A stretch of DNA of 18,010 nucleotides from Arcobacteraceae bacterium (GTDB lineage Bacteria; Campylobacterota; Campylobacteria; Campylobacterales; Arcobacteraceae). The notes under the pieces are model-generated. The model saw nothing but the letters and a program-made list of their open reading frames with translations. It did no database searches and was not told the origin of the DNA. Numbering within the stretch: position 1 is the stretch's first letter; each line of letters begins with the position of its first letter. Positions 1 through 7,654 of the stretch are shown one piece after another. The stretch covers positions 1 to 18,010 of the forward strand of contig JBLWVX010000043.1 of NCBI GenBank assembly GCA_048268245.1, read 5' to 3'. The position numbers were made by a program, and so were the translations under genes.

Positions 1-37
1 TTTGTTTTCGCAGTTCTTCTTTATTTAATATTCCCAT
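1..37 (-). CDS. 5' end of a gene running off the window (MGILNKEELRKQ...), product unknown
   Basis: ATG at 37-35 on the minus strand, AAGGA Shine-Dalgarno (SD) at 50-46, frame open to the window edge. Not in the ORF track. Confidence 0.65.
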   Translation of the reverse strand, partial: MGILNKEELRKQ

Positions 38-56
38 AATGTAAATCCTTTAAATA

Positions 57-96
57 AATTTACTAGATAGTTGTTTTCTATTCTATCTAATAAATT
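57..96 (-). terminator. AU-rich hairpin, possible weak terminator or leader structure
   Basis: Minus-strand stem AATTTATTAGATAG / CTATCTAGTAAATT (14 bp, one G-U), 12-nt loop, followed by TATTT. Lies about 55 nt after the aminotransferase stop and just before the next SD. Confidence 0.35.
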
Positions 97-150
97 GTCT
101 TTTTTGAATTTACACAGTTATTTTTACACTACCGATTTTATAATTTAAAA

Positions 151-1266
151 CTATCTAGTTTTTAAATACTCTTTTAATCTTTGAATACCCTCTTTCATAT
201 GTTCTATATCTCTTGTATATGCAAATCTTAAGTATTGATTTGTTTTATTTGCTCCAAAATCAATACCTGGTGTTGTTGCAATATGAATAGAGTTTAAAAG
301 CTCTTTAGCAAATGAAAAACTATCATCTGTGTATTTTGATACATTTGCCCAAAGATAAAAAGCTCCATCAGGTTTAGCATCTATTTCAAAAATATCACTT
401 AGTTCATTATATAAATAATCTCTTCTTTCTTTAAAAATAGACTTTACTTCTTGTAAATACTCTTCATCAAAAGCTTCTAGTGCCGCATATTGAGATAGTG
501 TAGGAGCAGAAATAAATATATTTTGCGCAATAATTTCTGCTTGTCTTGAAAGCTCTTTTGGAACTATAATCCATCCAAGTCTTAATCCTGGCATACAATA
601 GTATTTTGAAAAACCATTTATTACAAAAGCTTTATTACTAAACTCTAAAGCTGTGTTTGCATCTTTTTCATATGTTAAACCATGATATAACTCATCAGAA
701 ATAAAAGATATATCATTTTCATCACAATACTTTATAAGCTCTTTTAGATTTTGTTTTTTATAAATATTCCCTGTTGGATTACAAGGAGAAGAAATCTGAA
801 GAGCATCTAATTTTTTACCTTTTAAATGTTCAACAGTTAATTCATAATCCGTAGATTTATCAATAGGCATAAAACAAGGCTTTATATCTAACATACTTGC
901 AAAGTTTTTATAACAGGGATATGAAGGATCAGATAAACCCAATACATAATTATGTTTTAAAGTTAAAGTATAAGCAACTAAAAAAGCTCCTGAGGTACCA
1001 GGTGTTAAAATAACTTGTTCTTTATCTATATCAACATTATAGTTTCTTTTATACATTGAAACTATCTCTTTCCTTAACTCTACAAGACCTTTTGATTCTG
1101 TATAAGAAAACTCATCATTTTCTACAGCTTCTAATAGCTTTTTTTTAACTTTTGCACTAGGTTTTAAATCTGGCTGCCCTATTTCAAAATGTATAGTATC
1201 TTCAAAAGCAGCAGCATCCCTAACTATGTCCATTACAATAAATGAACTCATATTTTCATATCTCAA
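151..1266 (-). CDS. PLP-dependent aminotransferase class I/II (aspartate aminotransferase-like)
   Basis: GQPD, YT..KG...LR, SSPCNPTG, SDELY, GFSKYYCMPGLRLGW (PLP Lys), PDGAFY, YLRFAY. TTG start with a GGAG SD. Confidence 0.93.
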   Translation of the reverse strand: MRYENMSSFIVMDIVRDAAAFEDTIHFEIGQPDLKPSAKVKKKLLEAVENDEFSYTESKGLVELRKEIVSMYKRNYNVDIDKEQVILTPGTSGAFLVAYTLTLKHNYVLGLSDPSYPCYKNFASMLDIKPCFMPIDKSTDYELTVEHLKGKKLDALQISSPCNPTGNIYKKQNLKELIKYCDENDISFISDELYHGLTYEKDANTALEFSNKAFVINGFSKYYCMPGLRLGWIIVPKELSRQAEIIAQNIFISAPTLSQYAALEAFDEEYLQEVKSIFKERRDYLYNELSDIFEIDAKPDGAFYLWANVSKYTDDSFSFAKELLNSIHIATTPGIDFGANKTNQYLRFAYTRDIEHMKEGIQRLKEYLKTR

Positions 1267-1282
1267 TTAATAACTCTCCAAT

Positions 1283-1858
1283 TTAGTTGTTTATAGCCTT
1301 ATCTATATATCTTTCAAATAAAGATTTGTCTGTCTCACCAACAAACTTCTTAATATAATTTCCATCTTTATCATATAAGTAGTATTCAGGAACTTTTGTA
1401 ACCTCTCCTAACTCTTTAGCAAATTTTGCATTTACATCACCAATAGCAATAGGATATTTTATATTATGTTCTTTTTTAAAAGCTTGCATCTCTTCTATAG
1501 TTTTATTATCTTGGAATAAAACAGAAATAATCTCAAACTTTCCATCATACTTTTCTTTTAACTTATTCATATCAGGAATACCTTTGATACAAGGAGGACA
1601 CCATGTAGCAAAGATATCTACTAACACAACCTTTCCTTTATAATCCTTGAAATCAATCCCTGTAAGTGTTGTTCTTGCTTCTATTATTTCACCATCAACT
1701 GTAGTCAATTTAAACTCTTTTGAATCGAAATTCTCACCTACTTTTTTATCTTTTGTTGGCTTTGCTACCATATTCTCATCAATTGAGCTTTTTGTATCAC
1801 ATCCTGTAAAAAGTAATAACGAAGTCATTGCACCTGCAATTAAAAAGTTTTTTTTCAT
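1283..1858 (-). CDS. TlpA/ResA-family thiol-disulfide oxidoreductase, lipoprotein
   Basis: Lipobox LLFTG-C, KGKVVLVDIFATWCPPC active site, VP cis-Pro loop followed by YLYDKDG. Confidence 0.9.
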   Translation of the reverse strand: MKKNFLIAGAMTSLLLFTGCDTKSSIDENMVAKPTKDKKVGENFDSKEFKLTTVDGEIIEARTTLTGIDFKDYKGKVVLVDIFATWCPPCIKGIPDMNKLKEKYDGKFEIISVLFQDNKTIEEMQAFKKEHNIKYPIAIGDVNAKFAKELGEVTKVPEYYLYDKDGNYIKKFVGETDKSLFERYIDKAINN

Positions 1859-1964
1859 ATTAGTCCTAAAATTTTGATTTTTAAAATTATAATTAAGAAT
1901 GATTAATAAATCATAAATGCTAAAATAAAAGTGGAATTATATCAGCTTATTAATAATATTAGTA

Positions 1965-2255
1965 TTATTTAAGTAAATCTTGTATTATCTTTTTTGCTTC
2001 ATGTTCATCAAAAAATAGATTCATTGAAAGTTCATTATTAACTTGTTTTATAAACTTCATTTTCTCTATTTTAAGTCTTTGATCATCATTTTTATACTCA
2101 GCTTTTATTTGTTCTAACTTTTGTTTATAATCTTCTATTATTTCATCTTTTTTTACAGCACTTGGTTTTACTACTGTTTTTTGAGAAAACTGCTTGTAGA
2201 TTAAATAAGCAGCAAAGATAATTAAAAGTATTAAAACTAAAGTTAGAACATCCAT
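1965..2255 (-). CDS. Small membrane-anchored hypothetical protein
   Basis: 96 aa, hydrophobic N-terminal helix then charged helical region. Starts 1 nt after the upstream stop. Confidence 0.75.
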   Translation of the reverse strand: MDVLTLVLILLIIFAAYLIYKQFSQKTVVKPSAVKKDEIIEDYKQKLEQIKAEYKNDDQRLKIEKMKFIKQVNNELSMNLFFDEHEAKKIIQDLLK

Positions 2256-2256
2256 A

Positions 2257-3435
2257 TTATTTAGACCTTGCTATATCTTTAGCTTCTTTTGCTAAAGCCT
2301 CAGCTCTTCTAGCAGTTTGTAATGCATCTAAGATAGTTTTATTGTTTTCTTCTTGCGTCTCAAGTTTTTCAATTCTTTCTAAAACAGATCTATAACTAAC
2401 ATGACCAATTGTTTCTAATACTCTTGGAGCATTTATAATATGTTTCATTAATTTTAAATCTTTCCAGTTATCTGTGATTTTTTTATCAATAAAACTTGCA
2501 TAATCTACATCTGTTTTTGTTTCATTTGCAACAAAAGCTAAATCTAAATCAATATCATCTTTTTTTGCAAATAAATTGTGATATAAATCTTCTAAATAAG
2601 TCTTATTTTCTAAAGTTGAAATATAGTTATAAACATCTTCTTTATTTTCTTCTAATAGGTATGATAAAACTACTTCTGATACTTTATGTTCACCTGAAGT
2701 TAAAACCAATTCTAAGTTTGAAGTACAATTTTCATAAACTTGCTGTGACTCATCTTTTGTTAAAGATTTTGTGAACTTAACTAAATCTAAATTATATGCA
2801 TAACTGTAAGAATTAATCTGATTAATCAATGGATTTAAAATATCTTCAGGATTAGATGTAGTATTTGCGTATTTAACTATACTATTAACAAACTCAACAT
2901 CACTTTCATTAAAAGCAGCATCTTTACTGTATGAATTAATATCATTTACAAGATTTATCTCAAGTAATTTTTTTGCTGTTTCTTCATAATAAGAAGTTAA
3001 TTCATTCATAGCATATTTCTTTGAGTTTTTTGCAATTAACTCATACTTTGAAGCTATTTGTGTATACTTATCAATCTTTTCTTTGATATTTAATTCTTCT
3101 AAAAGTTCTAACTCTTTTTCTAAAATCTCATTTTTTTGAGCATTTAAAGTTTGTGCAACCTTAACACCTCTTTTTGGTAACTCAACTGCTAGCTTATCAA
3201 GTTTTTCATTATACTCATTTATATCTTTTGAGTTTTGAATTTGTGAGGCCAATTTAACAGCCGAAGAAATTTTAATAGATCTTCTAATAAAAAATAGAAC
3301 AACTAATAAAATCACTAATAAGACTAAACTAGCACTATAAACTCCGTTTGGTGTTTGTGCATAAACTTGTGCTAAATCAAAATTTGTTTGCTTTGCAATA
3401 GTAAAAAACTCTTTTAGGTTTTCTAAAAATGACAT
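2257..3435 (-). CDS. Hypothetical single-pass membrane protein, mostly helical
   Basis: 392-aa ORF, transmembrane segment near residues 33-50, AAGGAAG upstream of ATG. No motif recognised. Confidence 0.85.
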   Translation of the reverse strand: MSFLENLKEFFTIAKQTNFDLAQVYAQTPNGVYSASLVLLVILLVVLFFIRRSIKISSAVKLASQIQNSKDINEYNEKLDKLAVELPKRGVKVAQTLNAQKNEILEKELELLEELNIKEKIDKYTQIASKYELIAKNSKKYAMNELTSYYEETAKKLLEINLVNDINSYSKDAAFNESDVEFVNSIVKYANTTSNPEDILNPLINQINSYSYAYNLDLVKFTKSLTKDESQQVYENCTSNLELVLTSGEHKVSEVVLSYLLEENKEDVYNYISTLENKTYLEDLYHNLFAKKDDIDLDLAFVANETKTDVDYASFIDKKITDNWKDLKLMKHIINAPRVLETIGHVSYRSVLERIEKLETQEENNKTILDALQTARRAEALAKEAKDIARSK

Positions 3436-3447
3436 ACCCTGCTTCCT

Positions 3448-3830
3448 TTAATATTTAACTTTATTACTTTTAGTAGTATACACTCTTTTTCTTAATCTTT
3501 TTACTATATAATCTATACCTATAAGACATAATTTATTAACTGATACAAAAATAAACTTTACTAATTCATAAAAATACTTTTCATACTTTTTATAAAATTC
3601 ACCTGCTTCTTTATAAGTTGTTTTATCAATATGATTCTACTGTTTGATAACGAACAACACTTAAAATCTTTTTGTGTTTATTAAAGTTTGCATAATCTTT
3701 TATATGTTTATTATTTGTTTCTTTATAATATCTTTTAATAAGAATCTATTTTTGAAGTTTTATTTACTAAATGTAAATATTGAATATGATTATCTGTACA
3801 ATCTTTTAAAATAAAAAATATTCTGTGTTT
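3448..3830 (-). pseudogene. Possible decayed gene remnant
   Basis: Three start-less open frames tile the gap with 11-nt overlaps: 3830-3735, 3745-3626, 3636-3448 (31, 39 and 62 sense codons). Confidence 0.3.
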
Positions 3831-3954
3831 TTATTGAAAAGGTTTAGATTATTAGTTAAATAGTCTTCTCATCATAATAGTTAGTAACATTTACTTTTAA
3901 ATTTCATAAGTCTTTTTACTATTTTTTCATTTGCTACTTTTTAATCAAGGTCAT

Positions 3955-3983
3955 AAAGACCGATATTTATACTATCAGCCTTT
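3955..3983 (-). terminator. Hairpin downstream of dsbA, possible terminator
   Basis: AAAGGCTGATA-GTATAAA-TATCGGTCTTT on minus: 11 bp with two G-U pairs, so strand-specific. No U tract beyond the stem. Confidence 0.4.
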
Positions 3984-4030
3984 ACGAAAAGTAAACTAAA
4001 AAAGATAAAAAATATTATTCTAAACATTTT

Positions 4031-4675
4031 CTATTTAAAAAGTTTCGATTCTACTAAATCAAATAAATCTTGATAAGATAACCTTTGAAGTTTTTCACCA
4101 TTTACAAACAGTGTAGGAGTACCTCTAACACCTAATTTTGTAGCATCTTCTCTGTCAATTTTAACGATTTTATCTACATTAGTATTTTCAAAATCAGCTC
4201 TTAATTTTTCCACATCTAACGAAGGAACTTTTTTTAATTCTCTCCATAATAACTCTGGATTTTCATTATTATGTTGTGCCCAAATTGGTTGAGATTCATA
4301 GATCTTATCAAGTACAGCTTGATACATATTTTGATTTTTAGAAGCTTCTAAAATTCTAATTGTAAATTTTGAATTAGTATGATTATCTAAATATCTTACT
4401 ACTATTTGAATATCTTCATAGTAATTTCTGTAAAGTTCTTTTACTACCTTATGATATAAAGCACATGATTCACATTCAGGATCAATAAATTCTACTACAT
4501 ACACACCTTTTTTATTGTCCCCAAATTTTGTAGAGTGCTCTCTAATAAAAGGAGCATCTGTATGAGATAGTTTTTCAATACTACTTGTTGTTTTTTGTTG
4601 ATAAAAAAACATCATTGCTATAAAAGCCACTACTATTACGAAAATTGATATAAATACTACTGATTTATTTTTCAT
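4031..4675 (-). CDS. dsbA: DsbA-family (BdbD-like) thiol-disulfide oxidase with N-terminal anchor
   Basis: VVEFIDPECESC (CxxC), GVRGTPTLFVNG cis-Pro motif, N-terminal transmembrane segment. Overlaps the dsbB end by 11 nt. Confidence 0.85.
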   Translation of the reverse strand: MKNKSVVFISIFVIVVAFIAMMFFYQQKTTSSIEKLSHTDAPFIREHSTKFGDNKKGVYVVEFIDPECESCALYHKVVKELYRNYYEDIQIVVRYLDNHTNSKFTIRILEASKNQNMYQAVLDKIYESQPIWAQHNNENPELLWRELKKVPSLDVEKLRADFENTNVDKIVKIDREDATKLGVRGTPTLFVNGEKLQRLSYQDLFDLVESKLFK

Positions 4676-5087
4676 TCTTTAATTCCTTTTTATACATTAA
4701 CAGTAAGATAAATATAATAGAATAAGCACTAAGTGATAAAAATGGAATAGTTATAAAACCTAACCAATTAATATACTCAGTTGAACAAGGTACACCTTGA
4801 ACACAAGGAACAACACTTTCAGGAATAATTCCAAACATTAGTAAATTATGATAAATAGCAAATAACAATCCAACAATTACTATTGGCATTGCATATTTAA
4901 AGACTTTATTATCCGGATAAAGTGTATTTACTAAAAATATTAATACGAGAGGATACATAAAAATTCTTTGATACCAACACATACTACATGGTACAAATTG
5001 CATAACCTCTGAGAAAAAAAGACTACCCATTGTTGCAATGGAAGCTGTGATAAAAGAGAGTAAAATTAAAAAGTTTGACTTTGTCAA
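4665..5087 (-). CDS. dsbB: Disulfide bond formation protein B (BdbC-like)
   Basis: GSLFFSE, PCSMCWYQRIFMYP, second Cys pair CVQGVPC, GFITIPFLSL, four hydrophobic segments. Start moved from 5126 to TTG at 5087 because AGGAG lies at 5097-5093. Confidence 0.9.
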   Translation of the reverse strand: MTKSNFLILLSFITASIATMGSLFFSEVMQFVPCSMCWYQRIFMYPLVLIFLVNTLYPDNKVFKYAMPIVIVGLLFAIYHNLLMFGIIPESVVPCVQGVPCSTEYINWLGFITIPFLSLSAYSIIFILLLMYKKELKNEK

Positions 5088-5098
5088 GTTAGCTCCTA

Positions 5099-5123
5099 GA
5101 TATAATTTTTGAAAAATTATATC
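5099..5123. promoter_or_regulatory. Perfect 12-1-12 inverted repeat containing the likely -10 of dsbB-dsbA
   Basis: GATATAATTTTT-G-AAAAATTATATC; TATAAT on minus at 5121-5116. Confidence 0.5.
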
Positions 5124-5179
5124 CAAGATTGGTTAACAATAAATTTATTATAATTGTTATAAGTAAAATTTATAAAGTT

Positions 5180-5464
5180 TTAAGCTCCGCCACCAATGTT
5201 AGCGTTTAGTTCACCATGAAGATCATTTCTAGGAATAGAATCACACATAGCAATTGATTCATTTAAAGCTTTAAAAAACTCCTCGATATTTTCATAAGGA
5301 ATTTCAACTTCTGCTGTTTTTTCTTTACCGTGAGAATAAATAGCAATACTAACAACAGGACTACTATACTCACCATATGGTTTTTCAACGTGCTCAATTT
5401 TCACAGTATCATCTGAACTATGAGCTAATTTAAATGTTTTAATTTCAATGTGTTTACTAGGCAT
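5180..5464 (-). CDS. Hypothetical protein (94 aa, MPSKHIEIK...)
   Basis: Start moved from 5521 to ATG 5464, which has AAGGAG at 5476-5471. No family recognised. Confidence 0.78.
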   Translation of the reverse strand: MPSKHIEIKTFKLAHSSDDTVKIEHVEKPYGEYSSPVVSIAIYSHGKEKTAEVEIPYENIEEFFKALNESIAMCDSIPRNDLHGELNANIGGGA

Positions 5465-5526
5465 AATACACTCCTTGGTTAAATTTAATAAATTGTAACA
5501 TAAAAACGTAGCAATAAACAAACATT

Positions 5527-6459
5527 TTATTTCTTTATTGATGTTGCAGTTAAAAAAAGATAATTCTTTCCTGTAAGCGTAACTCTATATTTTTTCTGTT
5601 GTAAATATTTTTTACAAAAATATACATCTTTATATAACACTGATTGCTCAGAAAAAGAATAATTAGCAGCTTTTGCACCGTAAATCATCTGAGTATCATG
5701 CCATCTACAGTTTGGAAAGCCTAAAATTATAGCCCCGTTTTCTTCAAGATGATTTTGGAAAATATCCATAAAAAGCTCTTTAAAATTTAAAGTTGTACTT
5801 TGTAGTGTACCAATAGAAATAATCAAATCAGCTTTCTTTAGATTTAAGCTTTTTAAATCATTTATATCATGGGCATAAAATTTGAAATTCTCTGATGTAA
5901 ACCTTTGTCTTGAATAACTTATTGCAGATTTGGAAAAGTCAATACCAATAAATTGTTTTTCTAATAAATCTTCTTTTTGTAAAAGTTTAGAAATTAAGTC
6001 AAACTCATCTGCTTTATTTATCCCTAAATTTAATATAGTTTTTTTCTCTTTTAACTTTGCATTTAAAAGAGCTTGTTTATAATAATATAAAAAAGCTGGT
6101 TCTTCGTTTTTATTTATTCTAAAAAAAGTAGATTCTTGACCATACTTTTCACTGATATCTTCAAGTTTAGTATTATGAAAAGATTCATTTTTGTTTATCT
6201 TAACAAATCTTAGTATCACTGTGTATTTTGATTTAATAACAGGTGTTAAAAGTTTACAATACAAAAGTTCACTCAAATCACTCCAAGATTTATATGAATG
6301 ATAAACATACTCTTCATCTAGCTTTATTTTTTCACCTGCATATAAATTTACTCCAAAATCAGGGTTCAAAACTTCTATTTGTGCTTCACTATTTTTTTCT
6401 AAAGTTTCTTGTAAATACTCTAACATTTCAAACATAGTTTGTATTGTAAATTTTTTCAT
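5527..6459 (-). CDS. Class I SAM-dependent methyltransferase
   Basis: Motif I-like ILNLGINKAD, FIGIDFS..AI, FYAHDI, ADLIISIGTLQ, LEENGAIIL. Confidence 0.8.
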   Translation of the reverse strand: MKKFTIQTMFEMLEYLQETLEKNSEAQIEVLNPDFGVNLYAGEKIKLDEEYVYHSYKSWSDLSELLYCKLLTPVIKSKYTVILRFVKINKNESFHNTKLEDISEKYGQESTFFRINKNEEPAFLYYYKQALLNAKLKEKKTILNLGINKADEFDLISKLLQKEDLLEKQFIGIDFSKSAISYSRQRFTSENFKFYAHDINDLKSLNLKKADLIISIGTLQSTTLNFKELFMDIFQNHLEENGAIILGFPNCRWHDTQMIYGAKAANYSFSEQSVLYKDVYFCKKYLQQKKYRVTLTGKNYLFLTATSIKK

Positions 6460-6462
6460 ACT

Positions 6463-6945
6463 TTATTTTTCTTCTTTCTTTTGTTCTGTAAGGATTCCTG
6501 TTTGTACTTCTTTTTGCTCTAAATCATTATCTTTATTTTTCTTATGCCCTTTTGAGTATTTTTTAATACCTTCAAGTTCTATTTCGATTGCACCTGTTGA
6601 AATAGATATTTCAAAGATTGCAGTAATCAATGAAGTACACATTAAAATCAAACTAATTCCAAAAATAATATTTCCAAATGTTTTAAACTCTAAAAATAGT
6701 AAAAACATTGAAAATGTACAAAGAAGAAGAGATAAAACCCCAAGTATTTGCATAAGTTTAATTAAATCAACTCTTTTTTTCAAATTTTTTATTTGCTTTG
6801 ATGATTTTGGTACTTTTCCATCTCTTGCATTAGCACTAAGTCCTCTTATTAACTGAGCAGTTGTTAGAAATCTACTTGTATAAGCTAATAATAATAGTGA
6901 AATAGCAGGAAATAACAAGGCAGGAGTAGTCAACGCAATATCCAT
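6463..6945 (-). CDS. DUF2721-family membrane protein
   Basis: TTPALLFPAISLLLLAYTSRF, QI.NL.KRV.LIK.MQ, EI.IST.A; three hydrophobic segments. Confidence 0.85.
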   Translation of the reverse strand: MDIALTTPALLFPAISLLLLAYTSRFLTTAQLIRGLSANARDGKVPKSSKQIKNLKKRVDLIKLMQILGVLSLLLCTFSMFLLFLEFKTFGNIIFGISLILMCTSLITAIFEISISTGAIEIELEGIKKYSKGHKKNKDNDLEQKEVQTGILTEQKKEEK

Positions 6946-7144
6946 GTAATACCTTTTATAATTTTTTTTAAATTATAACTTATTTATCTGTAAACTATAT
7001 GATATTTTTTGTCACAAGTGTTACTATTTTACTTATTCTTTTAAATTAATATTTTTTTTTAAAGTTTTTTTAATGTTTACACTTTTTCTACATTTTTTTC
7101 TACTAATATTGCGTTTATGGGGAAGAAAATGTTAAGGAGAATAT

Positions 7145-7627
7145 ATGAATATACACACAGCTGATTTATGTGATGAAAATCAAGATAAAGAATTACAAAT
7201 TTTATCACCAAAATTTAAAAACTATGGTGGATTAAAAAGATTTTATGGACAAATTGAAACAGTAAAACTTGATAAGAGTAACTTTAGACTTTTAGAAATG
7301 CTAAGGGATGAAGATGGTGAAGGTAGAATTGTAGTTGTTGATAATGGACAAGAATTTTTTGGTGTTGTAGGTGACAAACTTATGGCATTTGCAGCAAAAA
7401 ACAACTGGAAGGCTATTATTTTAAATGGATATGTAAGAGATACCGATGAAACTAAAAATATTAATGTTGGATTATTCGCAATCGGTACTTGCCCATTAAG
7501 AAATTTTGATAAAACTCAATCTTCAAGAGGTGAAGAAATAAGCTTCGAAGGTTTAACTTTTAATAGAGGTGATTATATTTATGCTGATAATGATGGTATA
7601 GTTATCTCAAAAGAAAAGTTAGTTTAA
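7145..7627 (+). CDS. rraA: RraA-family protein (RNase E activity regulator / HMG aldolase-like)
   Basis: TADLCD, YGG...F.G.I.TVK, VVGD, GYVRD, GDYIYADNDG. AAGGAG SD. Confidence 0.9.
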   Translation: MNIHTADLCDENQDKELQILSPKFKNYGGLKRFYGQIETVKLDKSNFRLLEMLRDEDGEGRIVVVDNGQEFFGVVGDKLMAFAAKNNWKAIILNGYVRDTDETKNINVGLFAIGTCPLRNFDKTQSSRGEEISFEGLTFNRGDYIYADNDGIVISKEKLV

Positions 7628-7654
7628 CTAAGGTTTATCCTTAGTTTAAACTAA
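7619..7654. terminator. Hairpin between convergent rraA and GGDEF genes, probable bidirectional terminator
   Basis: AACTAAGG-TTTAT-CCTTAGTT core (7626-7646), extended by TTAGTTT/AAACTAA with one bulge. Confidence 0.65.

Noticed and set aside
1647..1877. 76-aa plus-strand ORF
   Set aside because: Antisense shadow of the TlpA gene; no recognisable motif.
2496..2774. 92-aa plus-strand ORF
   Set aside because: Inside the 392-aa gene on the opposite strand; Leu/His-rich shadow composition.
3940..4000. c-di-GMP-I riboswitch (GGTCT...TATGAC-like fragment)
   Set aside because: Lacks the GGCAAA / GAAA-loop / GACGCAAA core and is too short.
5088..5521. Longer ORF-track starts at 5126 (dsbB) and 5521 (hypothetical)
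   Set aside because: Both lack an SD; the downstream starts at 5087 and 5464 have AGGAG at proper spacing.
6243..6437. 64-aa plus-strand ORF
   Set aside because: Antisense to the methyltransferase gene.
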